From Lobosporangium transversale (Eukaryota), in contig NW_019029008.1 in the NCBI RefSeq assembly GCF_002105155.1, positions 1-64,000 on the forward strand: a stretch of DNA of 64,000 nt, in the 5' to 3' direction. Below are positions 13,195 through 27,023 of the stretch, piece by piece. Made by a program: the position numbers and the translations under genes. Numbering within the stretch: the stretch's first letter is position 1; the number at the start of each line of letters is the position of its first letter. The notes beneath the pieces are model-generated. The model saw only the letters and a list, made by a program, of their open reading frames with translations, ran no database searches and was not told where the DNA came from.

Positions 13195-16100
13195 GGCCTA
13201 GCTCCAACAACAGCCCAATCGTATTGTATTTGAAAGCCTATCTTCAGCTTGGTAGTTTGATCATTCAGCAAGATAACACGCTCCCAGAACCATACGCTCA
13301 AATTATGAGTGCTATGTTTGAACAGGACTACTTGGAAGTCCACAAAAGAAACTCCAAGCGTCCCTCTCGGCTGATGCATTTGGAAAGGGTAAAATACTAA
13401 GCCAAGTCAAAGGAATGTATATGATGCGTTTGCAATCTCCATTAACAATATATCTTTCATTTTAATTGTAGATTTCGCACTTTGACGTTTACTCGACTGA
13501 ATATCCACCTGAGGTAAACTAATATACTGTATAGAGTAATTATCATGCAAAAAACGGTAATTCATAACCATTAAAGCTGAATGTATATCGTTTTTTCATC
13601 CATATAACCATGATATAGGATGATGAAGTACCTCAATTACAGCAAGACTTTCAAAGATCTTTTTCCATTTTTGGAGGGCTAGAAGCATGTATTCATGCGA
13701 TTGAAGTCCACATGGAAAGCTCAGAGTGTGCTGAAGTAAAGCTACGGAACTTACTGCTGTTGCTCGGTTTGGTATCCAGAGTAAGTACGACAACACATGT
13801 GATACCTCGAAAAGAATGACCTAAAGTCCATATATATATTAACAAAGCCTTGCTGTTCCTCTCAGATCCCTGTGTCTGCTGGAGATTCCGATCAATCTCA
13901 GTTTTCCAAACTCACTGGATACTCAAGACGCCTAATGACGACCGTTCTAGGATATTTCCCCGATCATAACGACAGTTTTAGATCAATGAGTAAAGCTTCT
14001 GTTCAGGATGTCATCTCATTTGTGGGGATTTTTTTGCTTGAAAACTATCGCATACAAGCCCATCAGTCACATACAAATCAGGAAATTGATGAAGGATACG
14101 AAGATTTTGATCCAAGCGACCCAGTTTCCCGATCTAACCTTGGCGAGGTCAAGTTCGCAGATTTCAGACTTGAAATGGCTGTCAGGTTGATGAAAACCAG
14201 CCGCCTAGATTTGAGACTTGCAGGCTTGGCAGAACTTAAGGAAGTACTTCTCAGGATCCAGCGGTTACAGCATGGTAGGCCACGCTTACGCAGACGTTCA
14301 GATACAGACATGGATGCGCATATGGATACAGATAGGAAGCCAATCGAGTAAGTAATGTTCAGACAGCGAAAGTGAGGATGCTTGAGTCAAGTTCTGTACT
14401 TTTTTCCTGACATTATTCAAAATCGCCATGATTTAATTAGGCATCTCTGCTTAAGATTGCAAAGTATGAATATCGTCGCATGCATTTTTGGCTCCAATAT
14501 TCATCTGGAGATTGTTCAGAGGAGCACAGATGTACTGGTGTTCATGGTGCATGCACGTGTACTTACTGCCAATGATATTGATCTGATTTGGGCAGCAGCT
14601 GGTGTAAGCATTTTAGCAGACCATCGCAAATTTACTTAGCTACACTATTTAACTGATCCACCATGCTAATCACTGGAATATATCATGTATAATGTAGGAA
14701 AATCAACATCGATCGATTGTCTATGGCGTCTACCAAGTTTTAGGCGAACTCAGCAGTAAACTTCCTCATGATTTCCTGAAAAGCCTCTTCCAAAAGTTGC
14801 AGGCGGTTCATTTAGCAAATTGGGATCAACAATTGTTAGACCTCTCCCGATCGCTTTTCAATGCTATAGTTCAGCGCTCGAGATCCGGACCAGTAAGGGA
14901 GCTATTTTTTTTATAAATGGTGGGCACGATAAACCCATTGGCTTCTATTACTAATTCGAATATCATGATGTATAATTACAGGAAGATGGTTCCATCTCCT
15001 TGATACCATATGAGACGCTCCTGAACGTCCTGAGAAACTCGACTCCGTCGCTAAATACAAGAGAAGATCCTTCGTTGGTCTCCGTCCCAAGTAATCGAGA
15101 CGTCATTGGCGGTATTGCATATCTTCTTAAGGAGGGTCTTGGAGTAGGTCCATCGCCTCAGGACTGCGCACATCTTATTGAATTGTGCATACAGGACTTA
15201 AAAAAAAATCACCCTGGAGCAATTTGGAGTTTACAGGTTATACAGAGCGTGTTTGGTAAGACATAAGAATATGTTTTAGAAGTGTCCTAGGCGTGATTTT
15301 TAGCTCGGTATGACATGGAGGACTCATCAACATCGTTTACTCAATTGAATAGAGAGCCATTTCCCAAATGGTGAAAACGAAGGACTGTTATTTTATGAGC
15401 AATCCTGTGCTTCACTGTCAGACCTCTTCATCGCCAATCTAAAAGCCTATACGTTGGCTCTGAAAACACTTCCTCCAACTCCAAGTCCGACAGTGTCTGG
15501 TAATTAGTTGTACACAATTATTAGATTGTAAAGTGTTATCTGTGTCATTTTCCAAGCTTCTTAATGACTATAAATGTTGCTTCAAAATAATTAGCCTTTT
15601 TGCCGTTATCTACGCTTCAAAACTCTCAAGACTATTGGCGAGGACAGCAACTCAAAATAAGGCTTGATTTTCTAAAAGTGATGGCACGGCTATACCCAGT
15701 CTACTGGAACTCTTCAGATTTGGCAGACACTCTTTGGAGTAGTCTCATCGTTGATCCTATAGGCATCCAGGAACAGGATGAGGCTTTTATCTGTCTGGAG
15801 TCCATGAATGAGCCCCATTTTGTCGAGTATGTATACGAGAAGTTACTCCCTACCCTTGAGATTGCCAGAATCACTCAGAGAGCATGGCACTGTGTGCAGC
15901 GCTACTTCCTTCTTCTTAATTGGAATAAAGGGAAACTTATAGCGGTAGGTGCTATGATAAAATGTTAGTGATAATGCTACTGTTATTGGAACGCTCAGCT
16001 GATGCTTTTTTCTTTATATATTTATTATTCTATTGTATTAAAAATAGAGTGACATGTCGAACGATAACTCGCCAGCGTTTGTAGTCCTTGCTTCACTCTA

Positions 16101-19100
16101 TGGGATGGACTTGATTTGGGAAATTGCTTTGCATGCACAGACGCCTACTGTCGGCACGTATGCGATTGATTTCTTATCATCTTTGATAAGGGTAATGCAA
16201 GCTTATGCATTGAAGATACTTTAGATAGTGATGGTTTCGAATACTAGGCTCACTCTGTATAGTGTACTAAAATATTAACCGCTACCATCATCATTACTAG
16301 GCGCATCCTCGACAAATTGAAAGCCCCGTGCCTGAAGAAATTTACAAATTTCGCGAAGGACTTGTTGAAACGTGCGTTGACCATCTGGTCAAATCCTCAG
16401 ATCAATTGAGCAGTAGTGACAATATGAATATGTTGGATGTTTCACTTGTGTTTGAACGGTGTATCGGTACTTTAAAAGCATTTTTGATGGCTTGCAGTTC
16501 AGAAAGAGTTGATAGTGCAGCAAGACCTGAGATGCATGGAACACTAGATGAAGAAGCCATGCTCACTATCAGGGTTAACTCAGGAATAAATGTAAGCCAA
16601 CCTTATTGCGAAAAATCTGTTAAAGGCAAACAACTTAACGCCCCTAATATATTAAACGCCTATAATAGTTTCAAGTGTCCGTTCACCCTTCAGGGACTTT
16701 GGCTTCACTAAGGCGCGCCGTTGCCAATAAACTTCATTGTAGTGATCAAGAGGAAGTCCGATTGTTCTCGCTCGGTAAAGATTTTTCAATGGCGTGGGAC
16801 GGAAGAACACTGGAAGAGCTGCAAGTTGAGAATGGCCAGTCATTCCTTGCGTCCAAGCGCACAATACCTTCAACCTCAACACACTCTGTCGAAACAGATG
16901 TATGTTGATGTTTTCAAATGGTTGTATTCTGTATAACTTCTCGAACATTTACACTAGCTACTAACGCATAATTTCATGATTCAAAACCACTATAGAAGAA
17001 GTTGCCCATAGATCTTTTACTGATGCCTGACTTCTTTGAAAGAGTGCGTCAAATTTTCTTATTGGACGAAAAGTATGCTGCGCAAGCATGGGAAGTCGTA
17101 ATTAGGCTTCCTACGAGTCCTGTTCTGATTCGTTCGTTCGAACAACTGCAGGACGGTTTGGATTGGACTACGTTGATGGATGCGCGGTCTCCATTTCTCT
17201 TGCTTTACTCGTTACAGATTATCAACTCAATGGTCAAGCGAGACCAGGGATCTCAGGTATGCATACAGAAGAGGTTCGCAAAATCACTAATGTAGGCGGA
17301 CTAGATAGCTGATACTTTTATCTGGATACCATAATTACAATAGGATCAAACAAATCAACAATGGATAAGGCGTTTCGTAAATCTTGGCGGTCAGAAATAC
17401 TTGACAACACTGTTAATGTCTGATTCAGGGCTTGGTGCGACAAATTCCAGCCTCACGTCCCGTAAAGCCTTGGCCTTGATGTTGAAAGTTTTGGTCCGCC
17501 TTACAAACTCATCTGAAACCGAATTCGGTCGTGCGACAGATACAGATGGGGTTACAGCTGCTACGTTCTTAAACAGATTGGTTTCTGAGATATTGACATC
17601 TGCTTCACGTGAAGATGGTTCCAATCCCAGTAAGGCCTTTATGTTTAATTAATATGCGATTTTATGACGGGTCTCTGGTAGTAAAGACGAGTCCAATGCT
17701 TAAGCTTACTCTAATACATTTGGGCCGACATCTAATAGACGATCAGAGTATTGTTCTTAATGCTGCGACTCTCATCTCACATCTATGCACCGGACCCATG
17801 GGGTGGCATCATTTCCACACTGGGCCTGATGTTCGCTCCTTGATTTTCATTTCTATGGTCCAGAGCGACTCAACACCTATCCGAGAGACTGTATTAGATA
17901 TGGGTCGAAGGTTCTGCTTACAAGTGTAAGCATATTCTATCTTTATCTTACGATGGCTACTTCTGCTTATTGAATACTCTATCCTCAAATTTACTTTCTT
18001 GCTTCTGATAAAAACCAATCAAATGAATTTACTTAGTAGGGACATCCAACCTTCAGATGTACCACCGGTCATGTTTTTCCTGGACATAATCCAGTCATTC
18101 TTACCAGTCTCGAAAGAGTATGAGGGCAATTGTTCTGAGCTCTTCGAGTTTTTTGAGATCATTGCAAGGTAAAGCCATCTTTTGTATCAATCATTATAGC
18201 ATCCAAATAGTAAATTTCTTCAACTGCCCTAACGACTGCTTATAAATTTTAGGGAGGCGATTCATTATTGCACAGAGGAATATTACAGTGCTTTATACTC
18301 AAGACTTTTGAGAATCATCATGGAGCATCCGTCATCAGAAGTAATATACTCTTCATATATGTCATTTTGAATTACTGCGCTTACTCTTACGGTATCCATC
18401 TAATTAATGGATAATTCAATGATTTAGGATATTTCATTATCAAACGAGGATACTGTCCTGCTTGGAATGCTCAAAGTAGCGACGGCTATGATCAGCACGG
18501 AGCCGAAGTTGAAGCACCAAGTCGTTGATTTTACAGTCATCGACTATATTTTTGACGAGTGTCTTTTCCCACAGTCGCCCAACGCTCAATCATTGGACCA
18601 TCCTACGATGCCAACCATGGCTAAATGTCAAAGTGAGGGATCGCGATCTGCTGCTTTTGGGTTATTGGAGGAGTACGCTCGTGGAGAGCCAGAAATCCTG
18701 CGCCATGTTATCACAAAGACTCGTCTACTGTTTGATCGAGGTAATGTCCAAAGCCGTAAAGTTAGATGGTTTAATGGATGGTTTCACTCAGCCAGCAGTA
18801 TACTACCTACATTAATGAACGGATATTCTCTTATGTTTTAGGTTTAGAAATGGAGGATCAGTGGGGGTACGACCCTCAGTTGACCAAGAGGGCTAGCTGT
18901 GGATTCGTTGGACTTCAGAATCTTGGGGCAACATGCTATGTAAATTCCCTTATGCAACAGTTTTACATGAACAAGGAGTTCAGATATGGAATATTAGATG
19001 CCCCAATCGATGAGATGGAGGCAGACAAACACGACACATTGCTTTATCAGCTCCAGGTTTTATTTGGCAACCTTCAGGAGAGTATTAGGCGAGCATATAA

Positions 19101-22100
19101 TGCATATGGTTTTTGTTACGCTTATAAAGATTGGGATGGCAACCCAATGAATGTAGCAGTGCAAATGGATGTTGACGAGTTCTTCAGCATTCTGTTCGAC
19201 CGCCTCGAAAACAGCGTGAAGAGTACACCACAAGAAGAGCTGTTTAAGAAGCAGTACGGCGGTAAACTGGTTCAACAAATCAAGTCTAAAGATTGTGAGC
19301 ATGTTTCACAACGAGAGGATAGCTTCTTCTCAATACAATGTGAAGTCAAGAACAAGAAGTCTCTAGAAGAAAGCCTGCAGCTGTATGTTCAAGGCGAGAT
19401 TCTCGATGGAGGTATTACATGATGTCTTTACTCTTTGAAGCGATCATTCATTTATTGAGTTGTTTATGACATTTATTCAGTATCTGATACCGTGTGGACG
19501 GTTATTCCAATCTCTATCTCATACAATAGACAACAAGTATAAATGTTCAAGCTGCGACAAACATGTGGATGCTATCAAGCGGTAAGGAGAAATTCTTGTT
19601 GTCAATACAATTGATACTTTTGGTATTTATTCGATATCCTTATACAGTGGGGGCCCTTACTTTTGATGTAATGTAATTTAGAGCCTGTATCAAAGAGCTA
19701 CCACAAAATTTGATTCTACATCTCAAACGATTCGATTATGACATGGACACCATGCGAAGGATCAAAATTAATGACCACTTTGAGTTCCCCATGCGACTTG
19801 ATATGGAGCCATATACGCTCGATTATTTGGCACGGAAAGAGCAAGTTCAAGAAGGTGGTTCCGCATCACCGTCAACACAGCCCATTTCGGGGAATAGCAA
19901 TGCAGCCGCCTTTCAGTATAACCTCGTTGGCGTTCTTGTCCACACTGGGACCGCTGATTCGGGACATTATTATTCTTACATCAAGGACAGAGAAAGAAAT
20001 AGCTTTGGAAGTGAGAATGAACGATGGTATTTCTTCAATGACTCTAGAGTTGAAGAGTTTGACCCAAGTGACATTCCCGCAAAAGCTTTTGGAGGTACAG
20101 AGTTCATTCCAATGGATGCGTCGCCTTATCTCAAGTCCCAATCACGATCAACCACAAAACCCTACAGTGCATATATGCTGTTCTATGAGCGATCAGATAT
20201 TGTACCTTCAGCATCAGATATTGTGTCTTCAGGAGTTGTACCTGCTGACATTAGGCATGGTGTCATCAAGGAGAATACTTCTTTGTTAAAAGACTTGGCA
20301 GTATTTGATCGCCAATATTATCGATTCGTGTGGGACCTGTTCAACCTGTACAAAACAACCTCAACACCGGTCGGGAATGGCGATAGCGCAACAGATTCGC
20401 TTGATTTCCTATCGATGCAGTATGGGCTGGACTTTTTCTTTTATGTCCTAATCCATGCCCGTGATGTTGATCAAGAGCTTCAGCAGTGGACACGGTTCTT
20501 GCCATCGCTGCTTGTACTCTATCCTAGTAAATGCGCTACATTCATACGAAGCTTGGCGGATAACCAGACGCTCCTGGCGAGTGTTCTCTTGGCCTGTCCT
20601 ATTACACAAGTTCGTGAGGCAGTCATTGATCTCATTTACGAAGCACTGCATGGTTTGCGAGGGGAAAGTAGACATGACTATGGACTAATTGAGTGGGCGA
20701 ATTTTAAGACGAGTGAGATGGAAACTCAGGTGGCAGATAGAGACAAGAGCAATGGCGATGGTTGGATGTGCGCACAAGGATCACCTATTTGTAGGCTCAT
20801 CACAACTCTACTTCAAATACTTCCAGAGGCGCGTGCAAACTGGAGGAATTTTGACGAGTACTTCAAGCTCTTATACAACATCACACAGCTGGGCCGGGCA
20901 GAGCGAATCTTTATGGTGCGTGAAGGGTATATCTCAGAGCTGATTGACCTATATACCTACGATGAGAGAAACGACTCGAAGAAAAAGAAGATGGGCGATA
21001 AATTCACTAAACCATCCTTCCGTTACTTGATCCTAACTGTCCATGAATTGGTTACTACCTGTGATGTAATCCGATCATACGAAGCTCTTGAGCGGGACCA
21101 GGAACAGCGAATAGCACATGGCCGAAGTGGTAGCCAAGTGTCCCGGAAATCGTCAACTTCATCTGCATCAACATCGTCAGCCACTTCAAGCCTAAGCTCA
21201 GAGGATGTCAATGAGGATATTGTGCGTGATCCTAATGAGTCACCGGAGCTAGATAATATCGCAATATTATCGCGAGCAGATCTTAACGCACTCTTTTCAT
21301 CCCATGCACCGCATGGGAACCCCGAGCGCTCGCCATTTTTAATCTCGAAGATGATTCAAGATCACATTGACACAGCTATTATTGCCAGGCTAGTGAGTCA
21401 CCTCTCTAGTCACCATGGTCTAGGTAACCGCCTCTTAGGATCACTCTCGACTGCCTTAAACTATGCCAACGAGGACCAATTTTCAGTTATAATACAGATC
21501 TTTAAAGAACTGGTGCTATTTGAAGATGATCAACTCGAGAACCGAGTTGAGTTTATCCTCATGCAGCTAGTCAAGGTACTGCGTTATCTCATTTGGACTA
21601 CAACGTGCCTAAGTATGTGGGTACTGTTGAAAGATTTTTGAACATGCTCTTACTGTTATATTTTTCTTCCAATGTGTACAGGTCCTTGATCATACACCTC
21701 AGCATTCAGTAGCGTATGATTGTCTCGATTTCTTCCGTACAATCTCAGATTATGGCCAATGTGGACGATTGGCGCAAGCATGGTTACTGCGGAATAGCCG
21801 AGCATGGCTTCAAGAGCTGCTACTAATGCAGAATGATTCAGAGACGCGGTTACGTGCACGCTTATTCTATATGGAACTTTTAAGCTCAGAACGTGCATTT
21901 AATGGTTGGAATGACCAGGAAGCAGCAGAAGCACAGACGCGACATTTCGAAGAACTCTTGCAATTAATGGGGGCCATCCCTGAGTTGTTGGCTTACTATC
22001 CAGATCATATGAGGAAAGGTGGGTCTATTAGTTTTTTTCTTTTATAAATGCTTCCAGTGCATACTTAGCTAGAGAATACTCCGATATACGACAAACTTCT

Positions 22101-25099
22101 GCATATGTTCCATTCTTGTATTTACTTTTATTTTATTGTATTTTATTTGTTTAGATGATGATCCTGACGGATGGAAACTTGTAGAGTACTTCAAAGCGTT
22201 GACAGAACTAGTCCGGAGTGACGCTGAAAGGATTAAGGTATTGCTCAAAGACTATAGACAGAGATATGTCTTGAAAATCTGTCTCCGATCCTAATACCTG
22301 TGGTTATTTATTATTTCGCCGCTGCACATAGTTTACTCCAAGCTGGAAGTTGTTTATTGACATTCTGTCAAAGATTGACTCAGAACAAATCAAACTGGAC
22401 TATGATAAGAAGGTACATTAGGTTCAGGCTGCATGCCATGTCGTCCACGCGATTCTATACCTTTAAGAACGAGATACTGAACAAAGGCATTTTCCCTTTT
22501 ATGATCGATTTTAGGAAATGATGATCTTCTGGGAAAAGATCATGACTGAAAACCAGGAATTGAACATGCGACTAGCATCCTATAAACCATTGGGCACGCT
22601 ACTTCGAAAGTTTTTTGTGTGTCTTCAGCCCAACCCAACCAATCTGCAATTTCACCGGGAAACCCTTCCTATATACTTTGGTCTCGTACTTCGCTTTAGC
22701 AGGCTCCAACCTGCTTTTCATACCGAATGGGTGCATTGTCACAACTTCACTTGGGCCCTTGGTGCAATGAAGTGGGGAGTCTTCACTCAATATGTAAATC
22801 GGAGCTTCATGGCAAAACTACTTTACCGCGCTTTCTAACGATTACAATGGGTACAAATATGAGCACGAACACGAGCATGGGTTGACTTATGTATTCTTTT
22901 CACTTATTTGTTCCCATAGTGCCCTAGGGAGCTTGATGAGCTACTTGTCTTTACACTTTCAGAATTTCCTCCTTACCGACAAGAGTGTTGGAGAGCGTTG
23001 TCTGCGCCAGATACCCCAAGATTCTACGCTCAGTTCATGCAGTAGGTGATACCATACATTGGGCATCTCATTTTACAATGTAAACAAACTGCAAGGCTTA
23101 ACATGGTTTCTCTCCGCTTAGGATCGCTCGAGCGATGTTCGAAGCTGAAAATGAAATGGCTGGCGCTTTGTTTTATCAGCATCGCGGCCTCGTGCATTTG
23201 ACTGAGGTATGATATCGAATGCTGTGCCGCAACAGTTTTTGCATGCACATGTTGCCATAGCTAGAAAATACTTTGTATCTAAACGTACATTATTTTGGAT
23301 CAAATATCTCCTTCTAAACATCTATAGATAATTCAAAAAGGCGACCAGCCCGAAGCAAACGAGGATGAGTTTTTTGCTGTTGATGCTCTCGTGCTTTTGA
23401 GCGACTACCTTTGCCGAATGACTGTTTGCCGTAACACTGCAGGTAAATGAATTGATCGGTATCGAAAAGATAAATGCAACATGGTCTAGCTAGATGGCTA
23501 AAATCAATGCTTTCTTTTCTGATTGCAGCATTTGCAGAAGCTATGGACCATTGGAGCAACATCTACATCGCTATCAAAATACTTATGGGTAATTTGATGT
23601 GGACAGCTCCTTTTAATGTGTATACAGCCTCGGTCACAATTTTGACCGTGATTGCGAGTGAGGCTACAGAGTCTCAGGCGGCGTCAATCTTGGATCTTTT
23701 GGATAAAGCACACCATGAATTACGGGATAGTGTATTGGAAGCGGAAAGTAAGTAAAACTTTAAAAAAGATCGCCCAGCCTGAGATACAACATGAAGTCCC
23801 TATAAAATACTAATTCCTTCCACCATTCGCAGTTCAAACATGTTTTGGAGGGCCTAACTCTCCATATACTCAATATGGAGTACTTGAATCACGACCAGCC
23901 ATTCCCAATGTGCGCTCGCCCCCTATGAGGATAGGTCCTCTTATCGTGATGCACTCGGAGCTGTACAAACGTCTCGGTGATACAGCTGCTAAACAGGTGT
24001 TGGATGAATGGTTCATGCCTTACTGGACAATGGCCCGAGCAGCATGTAGTCTAGCTGATGGCCATGAGAATCAGAAAAAATCCATTGACCTAGGTAAGCG
24101 CCAATTCTCTTTCCTCATTTCATTATTGATTTTGAAATTTTCCCTTGGGATAGCGAAGAAACATGTCACTCAAACAACCTCATCTTTGGGTTAATTAAAT
24201 GCTCCTAGCTGCTCTAATGGCTCTAGAGCAACTTGATGTGGGCTGCCTTCTTCATATGGATGTTTTATGTGAGGCCATAGTCAACGCTGATAACGCTGAT
24301 AAACTGCTACTGTTTAAGAATTCCAATGTGGCGCTGTTCATGAAGCGATTCCTGAAGCGTGAAAAATATCTTACCAGTCTGAACGAATCTTCTCGGCTGA
24401 GCGCTTGTGCATTGCTTTTGAAGGCTATTGATTTGGAGCAATCATTTCGAAAATCCATCGCAGACGAAAGCTTTACCAAAGCAGAACATGTTTTAAAAAG
24501 GATCGTAGTCCTTGAGGAGTCCCAATCAGGCTACAAAGATCAACAACAGGCTAGAGACAGCGATATGAACAGTGATATGGACAACAACAACGGCCCTCCT
24601 TTGGCTCCTGATCAAGATTGTCAAGACCTTATTATTGTAAGTTCACTTTATGCTTTTAATTATTGGACGGAAAAGAGAGCAGATATTAAGTCCTTTGAGT
24701 TGAATGACTGGATAATGATAATGAATGACGTTTGTTTCCCAAATGTTCGCCTCAAACCCTGATAACTAGGCCTTACAAAACATTGTAATTCTCGATATTG
24801 ATGCACGTGATGAGATTTCAGAAGACTCTGCTCGTTTAAGGCGATTACAGGAGAATATCTATGAAGCTCTACCTCGAGTACCAGAAAAATACAGCTCTAG
24901 CATGTCAAGATTCCTGCCGGTACCACCAACAACAACGTCATCTAATGTACTAAAACCTGTAGAGAATCAAGATGCGAGTGGGAACAATAGTGGAGCAGAA
25001 GATCCAAGTGTTATGACTGGGATTACTGGATAGGCCCCTCATCTTGATGAAGAGCTGGCAACAGTGATGGAGAAGAAGGCTACTGAGCCGACAGAATAA
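12016..25099 (+). CDS. USP34: Large C19 ubiquitin-specific protease of the USP34/USP24/USP9X group; about 33 GT-AG introns
   Basis: Cys box GFVGLQNLGATCYVNSLMQQ (~18901-18960), His box VHTGTADSGHYYSYI, ubiquitin-like domain (~16670-16860) and long helical-repeat regions; exons join in frame to TAA at 25097-25099. Confidence 0.9.
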
Positions 25100-25221
25100 C
25101 AGTACTTTTAGTTGAATTAATGCATAGTGGAGTTAATCAGTTTTTCATATGTACATTAATAAAAAATTATATATCTATATATAAAAAAAATGTGATGAAA
25201 AGCTGTATAATTTTATACATT

Positions 25222-26828
25222 TCAAATATCTATCGCCATACTGGTGGCATTGTGAAAGTTACAATTGACCCAAGTACGTACGGTCTTGTCAAAGCTACAG
25301 CTCACTAGCATATTTCTATGATAGTCCATGTATAGACCTCTGACAACGGAAGTATGGCCCTCCAGAGTTCTAATAATGGCTTGCTCATGGCTTTGTTTAG
25401 TCCCGCGTGTTCCTGCAACAGTAGCTACCGCGGCACCATCATCGGCATTGTTCACTTGCAAGCAGTAAATTTTGTGGTCGTTTCCGGTGACATAAAAATA
25501 TTTGCCAGTCCGATCCCAGACATGTCGAGGGGTCGAGAACCCATCTGTAGGGACGCCATAGTAGTTGAAAAGCTGCAATGCAGAACCAGTTCGAAACAAG
25601 ATCTGGCGACCTGTTGGGGAATCAGTTGAAACCAAGAGGTAACCACCATTATTGTGAGGAGAAGCCGAGATCTCCATGGGGGTAAACGAGACCCAGTTAT
25701 CGTTGTTGAGGTTCATGTTGTACTTTGTGACGGAGTAATCACTTAGATTAATATAGTGCAAGTAGTTGTCGTCTCTTGTTCCAACTACAGCCGTAGGTGG
25801 ACGAGTTTCATTGCAGATGCCATTGTCCACACTGCTGACGCCAGAGTTTGAAGGCCAAGGAAGGACACAAAGACTCTCGACAGCGCCCTTGAACGTCAAT
25901 GTCTTGTCAAGGACATAACGAGGGAGTCTTTTCTCTTGACTCCTATTATTTGTCTCTTCTTCTTCAATTGCCTTGTAGATACGGACCGTCTTGTCATGGG
26001 AGGCAGTGATAATTCGGGATCCGTCCATGGCGAATTTGGCCCGCACGACAAACTTGGCATGATCCTTAAAGATTTGATGTTCTTCACCCAAAACTGTGTT
26101 AGTCAAGACAACAGTCTTGTCCATAGCACTGGTCAACATCAATTCTGGGAATAGTGGATGGAAATCAATATCGAGAGCTACACCACTATGAGGTTGCCAA
26201 ATCTTGAAGACCTCTCCTGGTTGATGGTCACCATGGTCATTAGTGTTTTGTTGTTGTTGTTCAATGGTATTCTTTTGTTTGAGCATTGTAAACTTCACTG
26301 TCCGATCTGCAGCAGCGGTGACGAGAGCAGGGATGAACTTGACTGTCATCGAAGGATCCTGATCGAGATCTTGCCATGTAGGGGCCACAGCCACTTGTGC
26401 TGTCCTGGCAAAGATAATATTCACTGAATGTAAATTTTGAATTACTTCGTCCGCTGTGTCGGGCATCGAGCCATCTCCTGGAGCTGATAAATCTTGCTCC
26501 TCTATTGAGCTATATATGTCGTTTTTTTTTTATATAAAAACCGATGTTAAAATATAAAACATTCTGCTTATAAACTGTGTTGTGCTTTATGATGTCTTCT
26601 TTTTTACCTTGGTAAGTTAAGTTGTCCAAGTTGGTTATGCAGTTGCGACATACGAATATCCGTTAGGACTTCAATAAGAGGTTTAGGTGGAGGGGTGCTT
26701 TGTGGAATATCCTCCAACACAACTTTTGCCTCGTTCTCGAATGCTTTCAGCGCATCATTGTACCCCTGGCTCTGCAGGAAATTTTGGACCATAAGATGAG
26801 CATCACTCACAAGCCGTCTATATTCCAT
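25222..26828 (-). CDS. LisH + WD40-repeat protein; 2 exons (26828-26608, 26509-25222)
   Basis: LisH-like LMVQNFLQSQGYNDALKAFENE; WD repeats LTSAMDKTV, ITASHDKTVRIY, GHTSVVRGL...VSCSFDKTVRTW. Confidence 0.85.
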
Positions 26829-27023
26829 TTTTTTTTTTTTTCTGTGAATGATGTTTTTAATGTATGAGAATTGCTTTTTTAAAAAAAAAATGCTTTTTCC
26901 ATGTCAAGGACCAGGTCACATATTCATGTGCGTGTCATGCATTGGTATTTGGTGGCGTTTTTATTACACTAAAAAAAGGGGTAATGGAAGTGTGCGCTGC
27001 AATTTTTTTTACGACTATATTAT

